64,000 nucleotides of DNA from Eukaryota sp. TZLM1-RC (lineage: Eukaryota > Protista > Metamonada: BaSk clade), in the NCBI GenBank assembly GCA_040285825.1, contig JAUPSS010000002.1, positions 2,046,001 through 2,110,000 of the forward strand, in the 5' to 3' direction. The notes beneath the pieces were generated by a model. It saw nothing but the letters and a program-made list of their open reading frames with translations. It was not told the origin of the DNA and ran no database searches. Positions 45,501-57,798 of the stretch are shown one piece after another. A program made the translations under genes and the position numbers. Every line of letters starts with the position of its first letter. Within the stretch, counting starts at the first letter, position 1.

Positions 45501-48500
45501 GGGTGGTCCCGTTCCTGAACCCTTTTGTGGCATTAAGTTGGACTTGGAAGATGCGGGAGGTGGTTCCGTGCCTGATTCCATCATTTTGGACTTGGAAGAT
45601 GCGGGAGGTGGTTCCGTGCCTGTTATCATCGGTTTTCCTTGAGGAGGGGCGGAGGGTGGTCTCAAGCCCGAGTCCTCGACTTTACTTATCTCTACTACTT
45701 CTCCTACTACTAATGTTTGTATGCTAATTGCATCCCTGTTATGTTCCTGTATGTTAGTTGTAATAGTGTCGGTGTTTTGGCTGAAAAAGACTGACATGAT
45801 ATCTGCTAAAGATATCCTCTGTAGAAAAGCTGTGTGTTATCAAAGTGGTATACCTATAACCTAAATGGCCAATAATTATTGTTGCCTTAGGTTGCAAAAG
45901 TGGTTGAGAGAAAGAGAATGAGGAAAAAGTTCATTTATTTTCTAATCATAACATATAAGCCTTAGGGCGCCAACACTGCTTCTTCCCTTTTTCACAATAA
46001 ATCAGCTTATATGAATATGAAACAAAACTATAACAAATAACTAAATAACTATAAATACTAAGAACTAAATACTGAATTCTACTGTTTTCTATTGTCTACA
46101 ATTATCTTTGTAGTGATTGAAATTCACACAAACACTGGGTTCACATTTTGAAGATCGACAATTGATGTACTATGACTCTCCCAGAACAATGTTAGTATAA
46201 GGTAGTCAGCAATAACTGAAAAGGGCCTCGTTCCAAGATCTGTGTGTTTGAATACTTTGTTGTGTATGTTTTAGTCGCTACATAAAGATGCTCTACTTCT
46301 TCCCTTTTTCGTAAACGAGAAACGTGGTAGTGTCGTTTAGTAGAGGTATCATGGAATCGAAGAATGGATTCGCTGATGATTATGCAGGGTCTACGTTGGA
46401 TCAAAAACAACAGTAAGCAAAGTAACAAACCTCAGAGACCTGAAGGTGGCGTATTTTGTTGTTAAAGTACTGGCTTTACGACTAAAAATATCAGAGGAGC
46501 AAGGACCATATCTTTGCATTGTAGTATCATAATAGTGGAGGTGGAGTTTCTACTCGTAACCTCGGATTTGGTCGACTTTTCTCTTGCTTAATAAGGAAGG
46601 GAGCTGCTCGAATGCATAAAGGTCCATTGATTCGAGGTAAGGCTCCGTGTCCTTGTTATGAGTTTGTAGAATCTATCACTGGAGTCATTTTCCTGTCTTC
46701 GGAATTTGCTTCCATGAAGGAGGGAGCTGCTCAAACAAACAGTAATTTGTAGGTTCGAGGTGAGCCTCCGCATCCTTCATGATATGTTGGCGAAATTCTT
46801 TCTCTTCGTCATCCAGTTCGTCTAAAACGGACTGCAGTTCTTCATATCCTTGAAGGACTGTCGACGTTTCCGAACATGAACCAACATTTGCGTTTTTTGG
46901 TGAGGAGGGGGTGGTCCCGTTCCTGAACCCTTTTGTGGCATTAAGTTGGACTTGGAAGATGCGGGAGGTGGTTCCGTGCCTGATTCCATCATTTTGGACT
47001 TGGAAGATGCGGGAGGTGGTTCCGTGCCTGTTATCATCGGTTTTCCTTGAGGAGGGGCGGAGGGTGGTCTCAAGCCCGAGTCCTCGACTTTACTTATCTC
47101 TACTACTTCTCCTACTACTAATGTTTGTATGCTAATTGCATCCCTGTTATGTTCCTGTATGTTAGTTGTAATAGTGTCGGTGTTTTGGCTGAAAAAGACT
47201 GACATGATATCTGCTAAAGATATCCTCTGTAGAAAAGCTGTGTGTTATCAAAGTGGTATACCTATAACCTAAATGGCCAATAATTATTGTTGCCTTAGGT
47301 TGCAAAAGTGGTTGAGAGAAAGAGAATGAGGAAAAAGTTCATTTATTTTCTAATCATAACATATAAGCCTTAGGGCGCCAACACTGCTTCTTCCCTTTTT
47401 CACAATAAATCAGCTCATATGAATATGAAACAAAACTATAACAAATAACTAAATAACTATAAATACTAAGAACTAAATACTGAATTCTACTGTTTTCTAT
47501 TGTCTACAATTATCTTTGTAGTGATTGAAATTCACACAAACACTGGGTTCACATTTTGAAGATCGACAATTGATGTACTATGACTCTCCCAGAACAATGT
47601 TAGTATAAGGTAGTCAGCAATAACTGAAAAGGGCCTCGTTCCAAGATCTGTGTGTTTGAATACTTTGTTGTGTATGTTTTAGTCGCTACATAAAGATGCT
47701 CTACTTCTTCCCTTTTTCGTAAACGAGAAACGTGGTAGTGTCGTTTAGTAAAGGTATCATGGAATCGAAGAATGGATTCGCTGATGATTATGCAGGGTCT
47801 ACGTTGGATCAAAAACAACAGTAAGCAAAGTAACAAACCTCAGAGACCTGAAGGTGGCGTATTTTGTTGTTAAAGTACTGGCTTTACGACTAAAAATATC
47901 AGAGGAGCAAGGACCATATCTTTGCATTGTAGTATCATAATAGTGGAGGTGGAGTTTCTACTCGTAACCTCGGATTTGGTCGACTTTTCTCTTGCTTAAT
48001 AAGGAAGGGAGCTGCTCGAATGCATAAAGGTCCATTGATTCGAGGTAAGGCTCCGTGTCTTTGTTATGAGTTTGTAGAATCTATCACTGGAGTCATTTTC
48101 CTGTCTTCGGAATTTGCTTCCATGAAGGAGGGAGCTGCTCAAACAAACAGTAATTTGTAGGTTCGAGGTGAGCCTCCGCATCCTTCATGATATGTTGGCG
48201 AAATTCTTTCTCTTCGTCATCCAGTTCGTCTAAAACGGACTGCAGTTCTTCATATCCTTGAAGGACTGTCGAAGTTTCCGAACATGAACCAACATTTGCG
48301 TTTTTTGGTGAGGAGGGGGGTGGTCCCGTTCCTGAACCCTTTTGTGGCATTAAGTTGGACTTGGAAGATGCGGGAGGGGGTTCCGTGCCTGATTCCATCA
48401 TTTTGGACTTGGAAGATGCGGGAGGTGGTTCCGTGCCTGTTATCATCGGTTTCCTTGAGGAGGGGCGGAGGGTGGTCTCAAGCCCGAGTCCTCGACTTTA

Positions 48501-50183
48501 CTTATCTCTACTACTTCTCCTACTACTAATGTTTGTATGCTAATTGCATCCCTGTTATGTTCCTGTATGTTAGTTGTAATAGTGTCGGTGTTTTGGCTGA
48601 AAAGGACTGACATGATATCTGCTAAAGATATCCTTTGTAGAAAAACTGTGTGTTATCAAAGTGGTATACCTATAACTTAAATGGGCAATAATTATTGTTG
48701 CCTTAGGTTGCAAAAGTGGTTGAGATAAAGAGAATGATGAAAAAGTTCATTTATTTTCTAATCATAACATATAAGCCTTAGGGCGCCAACACTGCTTCTT
48801 CCCTTTTTCACAATAAATCAGCTTATATGAATATGAAACAAAACTATAACAAATAACTAATTAACTATAAATACTAAGAACTAAATACTGAATTCTACTG
48901 TTTTCTATTGTCTACAATTATCTTTGTAGTGATTGAAATTCACACAAACACTGGGTTTACATTTTGAAGATCGACAATTGATGTACTATGACTCTCCCAG
49001 AACAATGTTAGTATAAGGTAGTCAGCAATAACTGAAAAGGGCCTCGTTCCAAGATCTGTGTGTTTGAATACTTTGTTGTGTATGTTTTAGTCGCTACATA
49101 AAGATGCTCTACTTCTTCCCTTTTTCGTAAACGAGAAACGTGGTAGTGTCGTTTAGTAAAGGTATCATGGAATCGAAAAATGGATTCGCTGATGATTATG
49201 CAGGGTCTACGTTGGATCAAAAACAACAGTAAGCAAGGTAACAAACCTCAGAGACCTGAAGGTGGCGTATTTTGTTGTTAAACTACTGGCTTTACGACTA
49301 AAAATATCAGAGGAGCAAGGACCATATCTTTGCATTGTAGTACAATAACAGTGGAGGTGGAGTTTCTACTCGTAACCTCGTATTTGGTCGACTTTTCTCG
49401 TGTTTGGCTCCATAAGGAAGGGAGCTGCTCGAATGAATAAAAATCCATTGATTCGAGGTAAGGCTCCGTGTCCTTCTTAGGAGAATCCATCACTGGAGTC
49501 ATCTTCCCCTTCTGTGGTATGTACTCTCCTGAAGGGGTAGATTATGTAAAGTGGGATTTCCACCCGTTTCTTTACTAGATGCTACATTAGGGAGGGGAAA
49601 GGGAACTGGTCCGTTCTCGTGGCCTCCTCTGACTCTTTTAGGTTGTACATCTTTTGTGAGGAGAGAGGGAGCCGGGTCCGTTCTCGTTGCCTCGTCTGTT
49701 TCTTCTTTCCTTTTGAGGAGAGAGGGAGCCGGGTCCGTTCTCGGTACCTCGTCTGTTCCATCTTTCCTTTTGAGGGGAGAGAGAGCCGGGTCCGTTCTCG
49801 TTACCTCTTCCATTGTTGAAGATGGAGGGACCTCGTCCACTCTTTTATCTTTCATTTTTAGGGAGAAGAAGGTGGAATCCGGGTCCGTTGCCTCGTTACC
49901 CTCTTTGTTATGTATATGTGTATGTGTCGCTGGTTCCTGCTGCATGTTAGGTGGGGAATTAGGGTCAGAGATATCTTGCTGAAAGATGTCTGACATGCTG
50001 TAAAGGTTTCTGGTTTCTGGGGATGTTCACTAGTAAAGTGCTGAAGTTATGGTATACCTTTTGACTTCAAAATGGCCAATAATTATTGTTGCCTAAAGTC
50101 TATTGTAGTAAAGAAAAGAAAAGTCAATGAGGAAAAGTTGATTTATTTTCTAATCATATTATATAAGCCTTAGGGCGCCAACA
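39532..50183 (-). repeat. Tandem array of a non-autonomous TRIM-like LTR element (~1.41 kb unit, 8 shared ~96-bp LTRs)
   Basis: LTRs TGTTG...CAACA at 40250-40345, 41659-41754, 43064-43159, 44473-44568, 45880-45975, 47288-47383, 48696-48791 and 50087-50183; PPT aaaaagggaagaagcag before the internal LTRs; each unit has a Pro-rich ORF of up to ~173 aa. Confidence 0.88.
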
Positions 50184-50189
50184 TTAACC

Positions 50190-50650
50190 ACAAATTTTTC
50201 AAAATGATCGACAACGTCCACCCAAAGACTCGGCAAATGGACAAAATTTGTAACAAACATGACGAAGATGAACTCTTTCAAAGGATTTCATATTTCTCAT
50301 GCTTGTATAGTCTGAATCATCTGAAGAAGATACTTCGGATTTTGCATTTTTCAAAGCCTTTTTCTTGGTAACATCGACTGTAACAACAGTCAACTACCTT
50401 GAAACCACCATAAATGAGGCTACAACAACATCAGCACGCCGTTTTCCATGTTTGGAACCTCCTACCATTTCATTCACATCAAGATACCTCAACAAAAGTT
50501 CTACAAATGATTCAATATCATAGGAATTGCATATTGCATAGATTTGGTCTCTAACAGCATCATGTATTGTCGAACAATGGGTAATGAATCTGTTGAAGGT
50601 AAACAAATGTGATAATGTCAGTTAAGGTCCACATTTACAATGAAGATCCA
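50190..50650 (-). mobile_element. Decayed CRE-like RLE fragment
   Basis: IHDAVRDQIYAIC..IESFVE.L..RRADVV; FCPFA.SLGG. Confidence 0.65.
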
Positions 50651-50704
50651 ATTCTAGGTAAAATTTGCCATATTTGTAGGGTTCATCATATCTGCGATGA
50701 TGAA

Positions 50705-50784
50705 GGCAACGTGGCCGAGTGGTCTAAGGCGCTGTCTTAAGGCGGCAGTGGGAAACCGCGTGGGTTCGAGTCCCACCGTTGTCA
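50705..50784 (+). tRNA. tRNA-Leu(AAG)
   Basis: Acceptor GGCAACG/CGTTGTC+A, D-arm TGGCCGAGTGGTCTAAGGC, anticodon loop TTAAGGC, long variable arm, T-loop GGTTCGAGTCC. Confidence 0.95.
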
Positions 50785-50809
50785 ATTTATAATGCTAATA
50801 CTAAATATA

Positions 50810-51394
50810 CCGTATATTGGTTTGAATTGGTTCAAAAAATAGTGGGAATTTTTTATAAGTGGGAACTAAAATATTGGCAACTTTTTAAAAAGTTCCCAAT
50901 ATTCCCAATGTTTTTCTAAAATTGTTGTATGTCCTATTTGTGCAAAGTTGAGTAAACACAGATAACAAAATTTTATAGAAACAGTGCATTGTCAAAGGGA
51001 GTACCTGCAGAATGCATCAAGATGAAGTTGACCAAAGGAGCTTTGAATCACCATTTGGGAAGATGGATCATGACTGCTTTTCGTTTCGTTGAAACAAATG
51101 CGTCTCAATGGATCGCGTCAGGATGGGAAAAGGTCGTTAAAAACATCTCCACTTGTCTAGAATATGAAGCAGGTGATATCATAGAAATCAGATCAGATTT
51201 GTCTGATATTGAGTCAGAGTATGAATGATTGTAGTTTGGTTTAACTTTTACTTATAAATGTTGGTCTTTAAACTTTACACACGTGTTACCAAAAAGTGCC
51301 CACGTGTGAACGCTGTTTAAAAATAAATTATTTTGAAAAATTCCCAATTTAAAAATTCCCACTGTTTTTTGAACCAATTCTAACCAATATACGG
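50810..51394. mobile_element. Tc1/mariner (pogo-like) non-autonomous element / MITE, 585 bp
   Basis: TIRs CCGTATATTGGTT.GAATTGGTTCAAAAAA.AGTGGGAATTTTT, flanked by TA on both sides; internal ORF remnant 50989-51228 resembles a DDE transposase C-terminus. Confidence 0.88.
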
Positions 51395-52629
51395 TAATTG
51401 TAATTTGCTTGAAATTCTCGCTATACTGAACGCCTCCACTCTCTCCTTCATGAACGTTTTTGAAGCAATGACATGTTTAATTAATTTGGATGTCATCGAT
51501 CATTATTCTTACTCTGGTAAATTTATCAACACTGATTGCCCGCTTGAAGTTCGATACAATAAATTTTTGCGTCCAGTTAATTCAATAACTACTAGTGGTT
51601 TATTTGAATTGAAAAACTATTTTCACTATATTGTCACGTATAAAAGACTACAAGGTAAACATTTCCAGATTAACGATTTATATGTTCAAGTCCCTGTCTT
51701 GTTGCTGTTCTTCTTTTTGCGTCAGCTAAATCCGCGCAATGCGTTTCGTGGAATGTCCCTATTTTACCTCGCTGTCCATAAAAGATGTTGGTATGTTCTT
51801 GAGTGAGTCTATTTTAGTGAGTTAGCCGCTCAGCAACCAGAGACACAGCTATTGTTGCCAAGGCCTATTATTGTTGCCTAAATTCGTCAATATTGCTCCC
51901 AACAGTCGTTCTCGCAGTAACAGAGTTCTTATTTACGATGTCAAGAGATCCGCCAATGTTCATCTTATTGTAGATAGTATTTGTTTTTCTTTCGTCTTCC
52001 CAAGATCATTCTTTATGATCCTACGTGGGCCTGAAATTATTGTGCATCCAGCAGGAAGCGGAAGTTCTGGAGAATCTACAAGATGATTCTCAAAAAAGTC
52101 AACGCAATTGCCTTTCTTAGCCATTTCAAGGCAGAATAGAAGTATAATACTGGACGTTGTACGTTGGGCAGAACGGGAAGATGGGTAGGTGAGACAAGGA
52201 CATCAGAAGATGGAGTCGTAGCCTGGGGTCAAAAACTAACACTTCTTTTGCAAATACGAGGTGGTTCTATTCCTGATGTAGTGGATGAGGAAGAAGAACC
52301 CTGAACACTGGTTTCCGTGACTGTATCTTCCGAGGAAGAAGATTACCCAGTAGGAGAAGAAGTAAAACTCTCATCACAACCAGTCAGAGGTGACTTTTCT
52401 GGTCACGACTAAGGAATTCGGGAGGAAAAACATGAAAAATTTAGAACTGGAGGAGGATCAGACTTACCAGACTCGGCAGCGTTCTTTTAGCACACCGAAG
52501 TGGGTCCAATAATTAATGATGATTTTTGGTGAGGGATCATACCAAGGTGAATGTAATGTGATTTATTACGAAGGCAAATACGTTTTTCTTTAGCTTAAGC
52601 GCTAGAGCGCAATTACACAATAAACTATA

Positions 52630-53520
52630 ATAAAATGTAAATAACCAAAAAACAATGTGCAAACCTATCCAATGTTAACAAAAATGCAAAACAGCTGCAA
52701 ATATAAAAGTTGTTTTTATCAAGACAAGAAATACAAATTGATGAAAGTGACTCAGATGTTTTGGTTTTTGAAAAGCATGAAAATACTGGAAAAATAGATA
52801 AAATATAATATGATATAATATATTTATAAGTAAAAATAGGATTGATGAAAAAACAAAACATATGGGCCACCAAGTATACTTAGACAAAAAAGGATATGAA
52901 CCAGATGATGGATTCTACCAAAATGACAACCGAAAAAGCAAACCTCAATTTATCAGCGTTTGCTGCCTATTCAGCAACTTTTGTAGGTTTTTCTACCTTT
53001 GTGGTTGCCAAACATTGACAAGTATGAACTTTAAGTCGACTTTGATAATTTTAGCTGGTGCGCATTCATGAAAGGCAGGCTTACATCCACAAGCAAAAGA
53101 TTGACAGTTGGTTGTAGATCAACCTTGTTCAGCAGTTTGGCAACCCAAAAGAGACTTCAATGCTAATGGTTGATTATGGTAAAGACAGCCTTATAAATAC
53201 GAAAAATCATCAACCTATTCAAAGAATTGAATGAATTCAATTTCGGAAAGGAAATGAATTTAAAAGAATGATAAATAATGAAGCTTTCACTTCAGCAATA
53301 TGTCATGTTTGTCTTGAAAAGGTTGAAACGTTTTTGATGATACCAAATCTTAGATTTTATCAGATAGAAAAAAAATCAGTTACTACCTTTGATGGATTAT
53401 TAGCTTGTAATAGTGAAATTTGTAAATTCAGTAATAATGGTTCAATGAACTTTTTCCATAGCAATAAGCTGGCATGATTTAAAGTCGTTTGCAAATGCTG
53501 AAGCCAAAACCAATGGTCAT
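52630..53520 (+). pseudogene. Old decayed family-A-like Fanzor fragment
   Basis: HKQKIDSW..LVQQFGNPKET.MLM.DYG, INNEAFTSAICHVC..GLLACNSE.C, homologous to 14880-15300. Confidence 0.75.
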
Positions 53521-53799
53521 TATTTTGGACGAAAGGATTATGAGATTATGGGGATTTGCCCGGATTGATTTCAAAATGAATCAATTTCCCGAAATTCGAA
53601 TTCATTTTTAGGTCCTTTAGTATGTCCCATCAAAACAAAATCTATTCCATATCGTCGAGAGGGCTTTAATCTGGGCTGTGCTATTCAATCTTTTTGTAAC
53701 TTGAAAAATGCGATATTTACCCTGCTTGGAATTATTTCCAAAAATTTACAATTGTTTCCCACCAGAACAACAGGTACGACGAATTACCATTTGTTTCAT

Positions 53800-54326
53800 C
53801 TATTTGTAGGAAATTATAAAAATTATTTCTAGATGGTAATGTGAGTGGTGCAATGGCCTTATTGAATGACCAAAAGTTGGTTCCTGAACATTGTGATACT
53901 ATTATTAAGTTAAATAAAGTTCATTCTTATGAACAGGCACCGAGTAAGTTCATGTAACCTTCCAAATCCACAAGCGGTGGTGCTTGTCCTATTGCAATTG
54001 ATGCAGTGATCTTTGGTCTGTTTTCTACACTGATTTTCAATCGTGTCAAGAACAGTGCTCAAGAGTTTCTTGGTGCTGTTCAATTTGATGTAGGAACATA
54101 TGATGGAGCAAATGCTGCTGCTTTTGGTGTGGATCTATTTATGAATTTATCAAAAGAAAATGTTGTAGTTGTCTGTGCTTTCAAAAATGTCTTTAATTCT
54201 GTAAAACGTAATGCTATTGTTGAAGTACTTCAATATTCCCCAGTTTTTGCAGAAGTTTCTTGTTTGAATTTGTATGCCAACAATGAGGTGATATTCAATG
54301 TGCATGGTATGATTCACCTGAACTAA
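53800..54326 (+). mobile_element. Decayed CRE-like RT fragment
   Basis: QFDVG..DGA, AFKNVFNSVKR, homologous to 22805-23100. Confidence 0.6.
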
Positions 54327-54430
54327 TTATCGATTGTACTATGGTATATGGTGGAAAAGGGGGGTTCCAATTCTGACATTCAGCATTTAGTCAAAGTTGC
54401 AGAGCTTTCCAAGAAATCAAAGTGAGAAGC

Positions 54431-55523
54431 TGATGGCTCCTTTAGGTTCAAATAGAATAAGGGTAAAAAAAATCAACTTTATTTTGACATCTCGACTTAA
54501 GGCTACAATAATTATTGTCCTAAATTAAGTCACCGGTGAATCATAACTAACAGCATTCCATCAGCTAGCAGTCAATTCAGATCAACCAAAACAGGTAACA
54601 GCACGTGAGATATTTCTCAGAAAGATTCTTGTGACACCCCACTTACTTACCATAACATGTAATGAAAAGATATTCAAGACAACGAAATTACAGGACCATC
54701 TCTCACCTCATTTTCCATCAAATCTCTAGTTGGAAAAGTGGAAAAAAGGCGCTAGTGAAGGTTTCTTCAGACTTCTACACAAGAACGCGGAGGCTTACCT
54801 CGAGTCAACAGACTATTGTCTGTTCGAGCAGCTCGCTCTTTTATGGAGCCAAACACTAAACAGGTCGAATACACACGAGGTAGCGAGTAGAAACTCCACC
54901 TTCACTATCAATGTACTACAAGGGAAAGAATACGTTTGGTGCTCCTCCAACATTTTTAGTCCAAAAGGCAGTACTGCAACAACCAAAGACGCCGCCTTCA
55001 GACCTCTTTCATTTTGTACTTTGCCTACTGTTGTTTTTAGTTCAACATAAATCTGTACAATCATTAGCGAATACACTATTCGATTTCACAATAATTTTAC
55101 TAAACGGCACAATCACGTCACTGGTTTACAAAAAAGCGGAGGAGCAGAGTGTCTTTGGAAAACGATTGAAGCAAACTCAACAAAGTAATCAAAGCACAGA
55201 TCTTAGAACAAAACCATTTTAGTTATTGCTAACTACTCTATTCTACATCATTGTGAATGAGACATAGTACATTGGTTGTCGATTTTGAAGCAATAAAACC
55301 AGTGTTGGTACGATTCCCAACCAGTGCAGAAATAGTAGACAATAGAAAACATTAGCATTAAGTTACTGGTATTTTGTATATTTATAGTTTTTATGGTTAT
55401 TTGTTTATTTGTTTAAAGTTAATTAAATTTGAAAAAGAGGAAAAGCAATGTTGGCGCCTTGAGGCTTAAATAGAATGAGCAAAATAAATCAACGTTATCT
55501 TAAAATTTTGACTTAAGGCTACA
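54431..55523 (+). mobile_element. Single complete TRIM-like element related to the array, with 4-bp TSD AAGC
   Basis: LTRs 54431-54507 and 55449-55523 (TG...CA), PPT gaaaaagaggaaaagcaa, aagc on both flanks; internal KNAEAYLESTDYCLFEQL is homologous to the array unit. Confidence 0.82.
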
Positions 55524-55559
55524 AAGCTCTTCGTCAACGTCTCAATGGAGCACGACACA

Positions 55560-55822
55560 GAAACATCAGACTGTCACAATTGCTATTTCAATTTTTGGTA
55601 CCATTGGAAGTGAAGGTCTCAACTTTTTAAATGATTTAGGAATAGTTATTAAAGAAAGTGGTTGTACATTTGATTGATTGATTTGAAAAGAACAGAATCG
55701 TATTTTCGTTATTGAGAGCTCTTCCTCGTTATATCAGCTCCATATTGAATAACATCACGGAGTTTTATAACAAGCGAGTTGCTAGGCAAGTGAATAGCGA
55801 AAATCTCCCGTTATTCAATTGA
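55560..55822 (+). mobile_element. Decayed CRE-like 3' fragment
   Basis: AISIFGTIG.EGL.FL.DL..VIKE..KNRIVFSLLR. Confidence 0.55.
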
Positions 55823-56321
55823 CGGGATATTTAGTAGGTAGAGGTATTAGTTAAGGTTGTTGGTTGATTTTTAAAATGTTACTGTTCCAGAAATAAAACT
55901 TAATCTTTATTCAGTTTCTGTGTCACAATGCTAAATATTAGGTTCATGTGTGCGGTTTGCTTCCCACGAATTCGAAGATTAATCATCTGTGAAGATAAGC
56001 AACCGATCATTTATCACAGTTAATCAATTCAATGATGATACAATCAAAGAAACGATTTTAAGGCTCTAATTCTATAATACAAATATAATTGTAATATAAT
56101 TCACTCTTAGCAAGACCAACTAAACATATAACAACCTTCCCATATGTAAATAAATAGCTGTGTCTACACCCAGAAACTGGGACTGTAAGATCAACCATGC
56201 TATTGTTTACAGTTATTAAACAGTAGTTGAGGGTGTTAAACCTACTGGTTGAGTGTATCTTACAGGTATCTACAATTGAAGGATTCTTGACCACATGTGA
56301 TGCTCACTTCTACGTCCCAAC

Positions 56322-57080
56322 ATGTCCATTTTCAAATCTGATCACGATTTAATAGACGATATTGATTTAATAGATGATGATCTGCTCCAAGATGAACCTA
56401 TAACATTTTCGACAGGTGATGATCCAAGTGATGGAGCATGGCCTACATTTCCATCATGGCAGTCTGTTGTTAATCATGTGCCGCCTCCATCTATGCAACC
56501 AATGGTACCGCCAACAAATTTTGGGTGGCAAAATCATAGTTATCTGTCACAACAGAACCTACAACCACAATTACACGGATACCATGGGTCAAATTTACCT
56601 CCACAAGGTTACAATTCATATTGTTTCAGTCCCTCATACAGTGGGGTGCCAGCACTCGCAGAATCCTCATCATACCCATCATCAAACTTTGACCATTGGC
56701 AGGTATCAACTCACAATTATCATCAAGAAGACCATCCATCTCAGCATGCAAAATTACCATCTTCTTTTTCAACAGTAACAAAAAACAAATTCTGTAAGAA
56801 CAGGGAGTGTACATCGATAGTAACACCTAGAGTTGATGGAAAGGCACGCTCCCCATACTGTTCAAATAAGTGTCAAACAAGAGAGCAGAACCTCAGACAG
56901 GGTAGAGTACGTCCAAACATGCACTCAATTTGTCTAAAGAATACCATCCTGATTCTCTCTCAACTCTCTGTACCGAATCTACCAATGTCTGTAATGCCGT
57001 TTTTGGAGACTGTGAGCGAGGATGAGACCGATCCTCAACGTGTAGCTATGACTGTTTTGGAGTGGCTGAAACACCAATAG
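56322..57080 (+). CDS. Hypothetical protein: acidic N-terminus, P/Q/S/Y-rich middle, Cys4 zinc-binding motif
   Basis: 252-aa ORF with CKNREC..RSPYCSNKCQTREQNLRQGR. Confidence 0.7.
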   Translation: MSIFKSDHDLIDDIDLIDDDLLQDEPITFSTGDDPSDGAWPTFPSWQSVVNHVPPPSMQPMVPPTNFGWQNHSYLSQQNLQPQLHGYHGSNLPPQGYNSYCFSPSYSGVPALAESSSYPSSNFDHWQVSTHNYHQEDHPSQHAKLPSSFSTVTKNKFCKNRECTSIVTPRVDGKARSPYCSNKCQTREQNLRQGRVRPNMHSICLKNTILILSQLSVPNLPMSVMPFLETVSEDETDPQRVAMTVLEWLKHQ

Positions 57081-57165
57081 GAAGATGAGTGGTGTGAATA
57101 AAAATATTTTAATGCGAATAAACAAGAGAAAACAAGAGAAAATAAATGAAAACTTTCAACTAAAA

Positions 57166-57798
57166 CTAACAATTCATTCTTAAATTACCGTTATCTGATG
57201 TAAAATCTGAAAGTTTATTCATTGAGAAAAAAATGTCTAAATCTTCATTATTTTCACTGAGTAGGAATTTAAACTCTGTATTAAGTAAGGAAACATCTTC
57301 AACGATGGCTTGAACCAGTGCCCGCTCTGTTGTAATGGATTTTGTAAAACTATTGCTGGTTGGTGGTGGGATTTTCTCAGAATGAGTGTGAGCAGTTTCG
57401 TTCTTAGGACCATAACAGCAAATATTTTCAATAGTGTAGGTCCTCCAAAGAGCACTCGATTGGCATGGGTAAAAGCGGAGTCCACCTACACTGGATACAT
57501 CAAAATCTGCATCCCACGAGGATGTTGACAATGAGTGTGATTGATGAGCATCGTCTTCGCAATGCGGACATTTCATAAGACGATGTTTGGAAAGCGCTAC
57601 TCGCCATGGACCACGTTTACCATCACCTTCCTCACCGTACGGACGCCACCATATAGTAATGTGTGATGAAAAATAATTGACAAAAGAAACAGAAGAAAGA
57701 TGTACTGGTGAGCTGAAGGAGATTTCGTGGAAAAAATGATGTGGCTGTTCAAAACTATCAGTTGATGGTGTAGAAATACATTGATAGTTGACTTCCAT
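57166..57798 (-). CDS. NICN1: Nicolin-1 homologue (tubulin polyglutamylase complex subunit)
   Basis: F.NY....I.I..R..W...L..H.LM..PH.EDDA..LR....Q.S.LW..Y.IE.I..Y matches the nicolin-1 pattern. Confidence 0.75.
   Translation of the reverse strand: MEVNYQCISTPSTDSFEQPHHFFHEISFSSPVHLSSVSFVNYFSSHITIWWRPYGEEGDGKRGPWRVALSKHRLMKCPHCEDDAHQSHSLSTSSWDADFDVSSVGGLRFYPCQSSALWRTYTIENICCYGPKNETAHTHSEKIPPPTSNSFTKSITTERALVQAIVEDVSLLNTEFKFLLSENNEDLDIFFSMNKLSDFTSDNGNLRMNC

Noticed and set aside
42556-48446. Unit-specific frameshifts as programmed variation
   Set aside because: Mostly single-base changes in homopolymer runs, consistent with sequencing error or slippage
40562-49244. Repeated 61-78 aa ORFs in the array units as genes
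   Set aside because: Mostly non-ATG starts and no motifs; their recurrence only reflects the repeat
39532-50183. CRISPR-like or satellite interpretation of the array
   Set aside because: Units are 1.4 kb with near-identical internals, TG..CA LTRs and a PPT; there are no unique spacers
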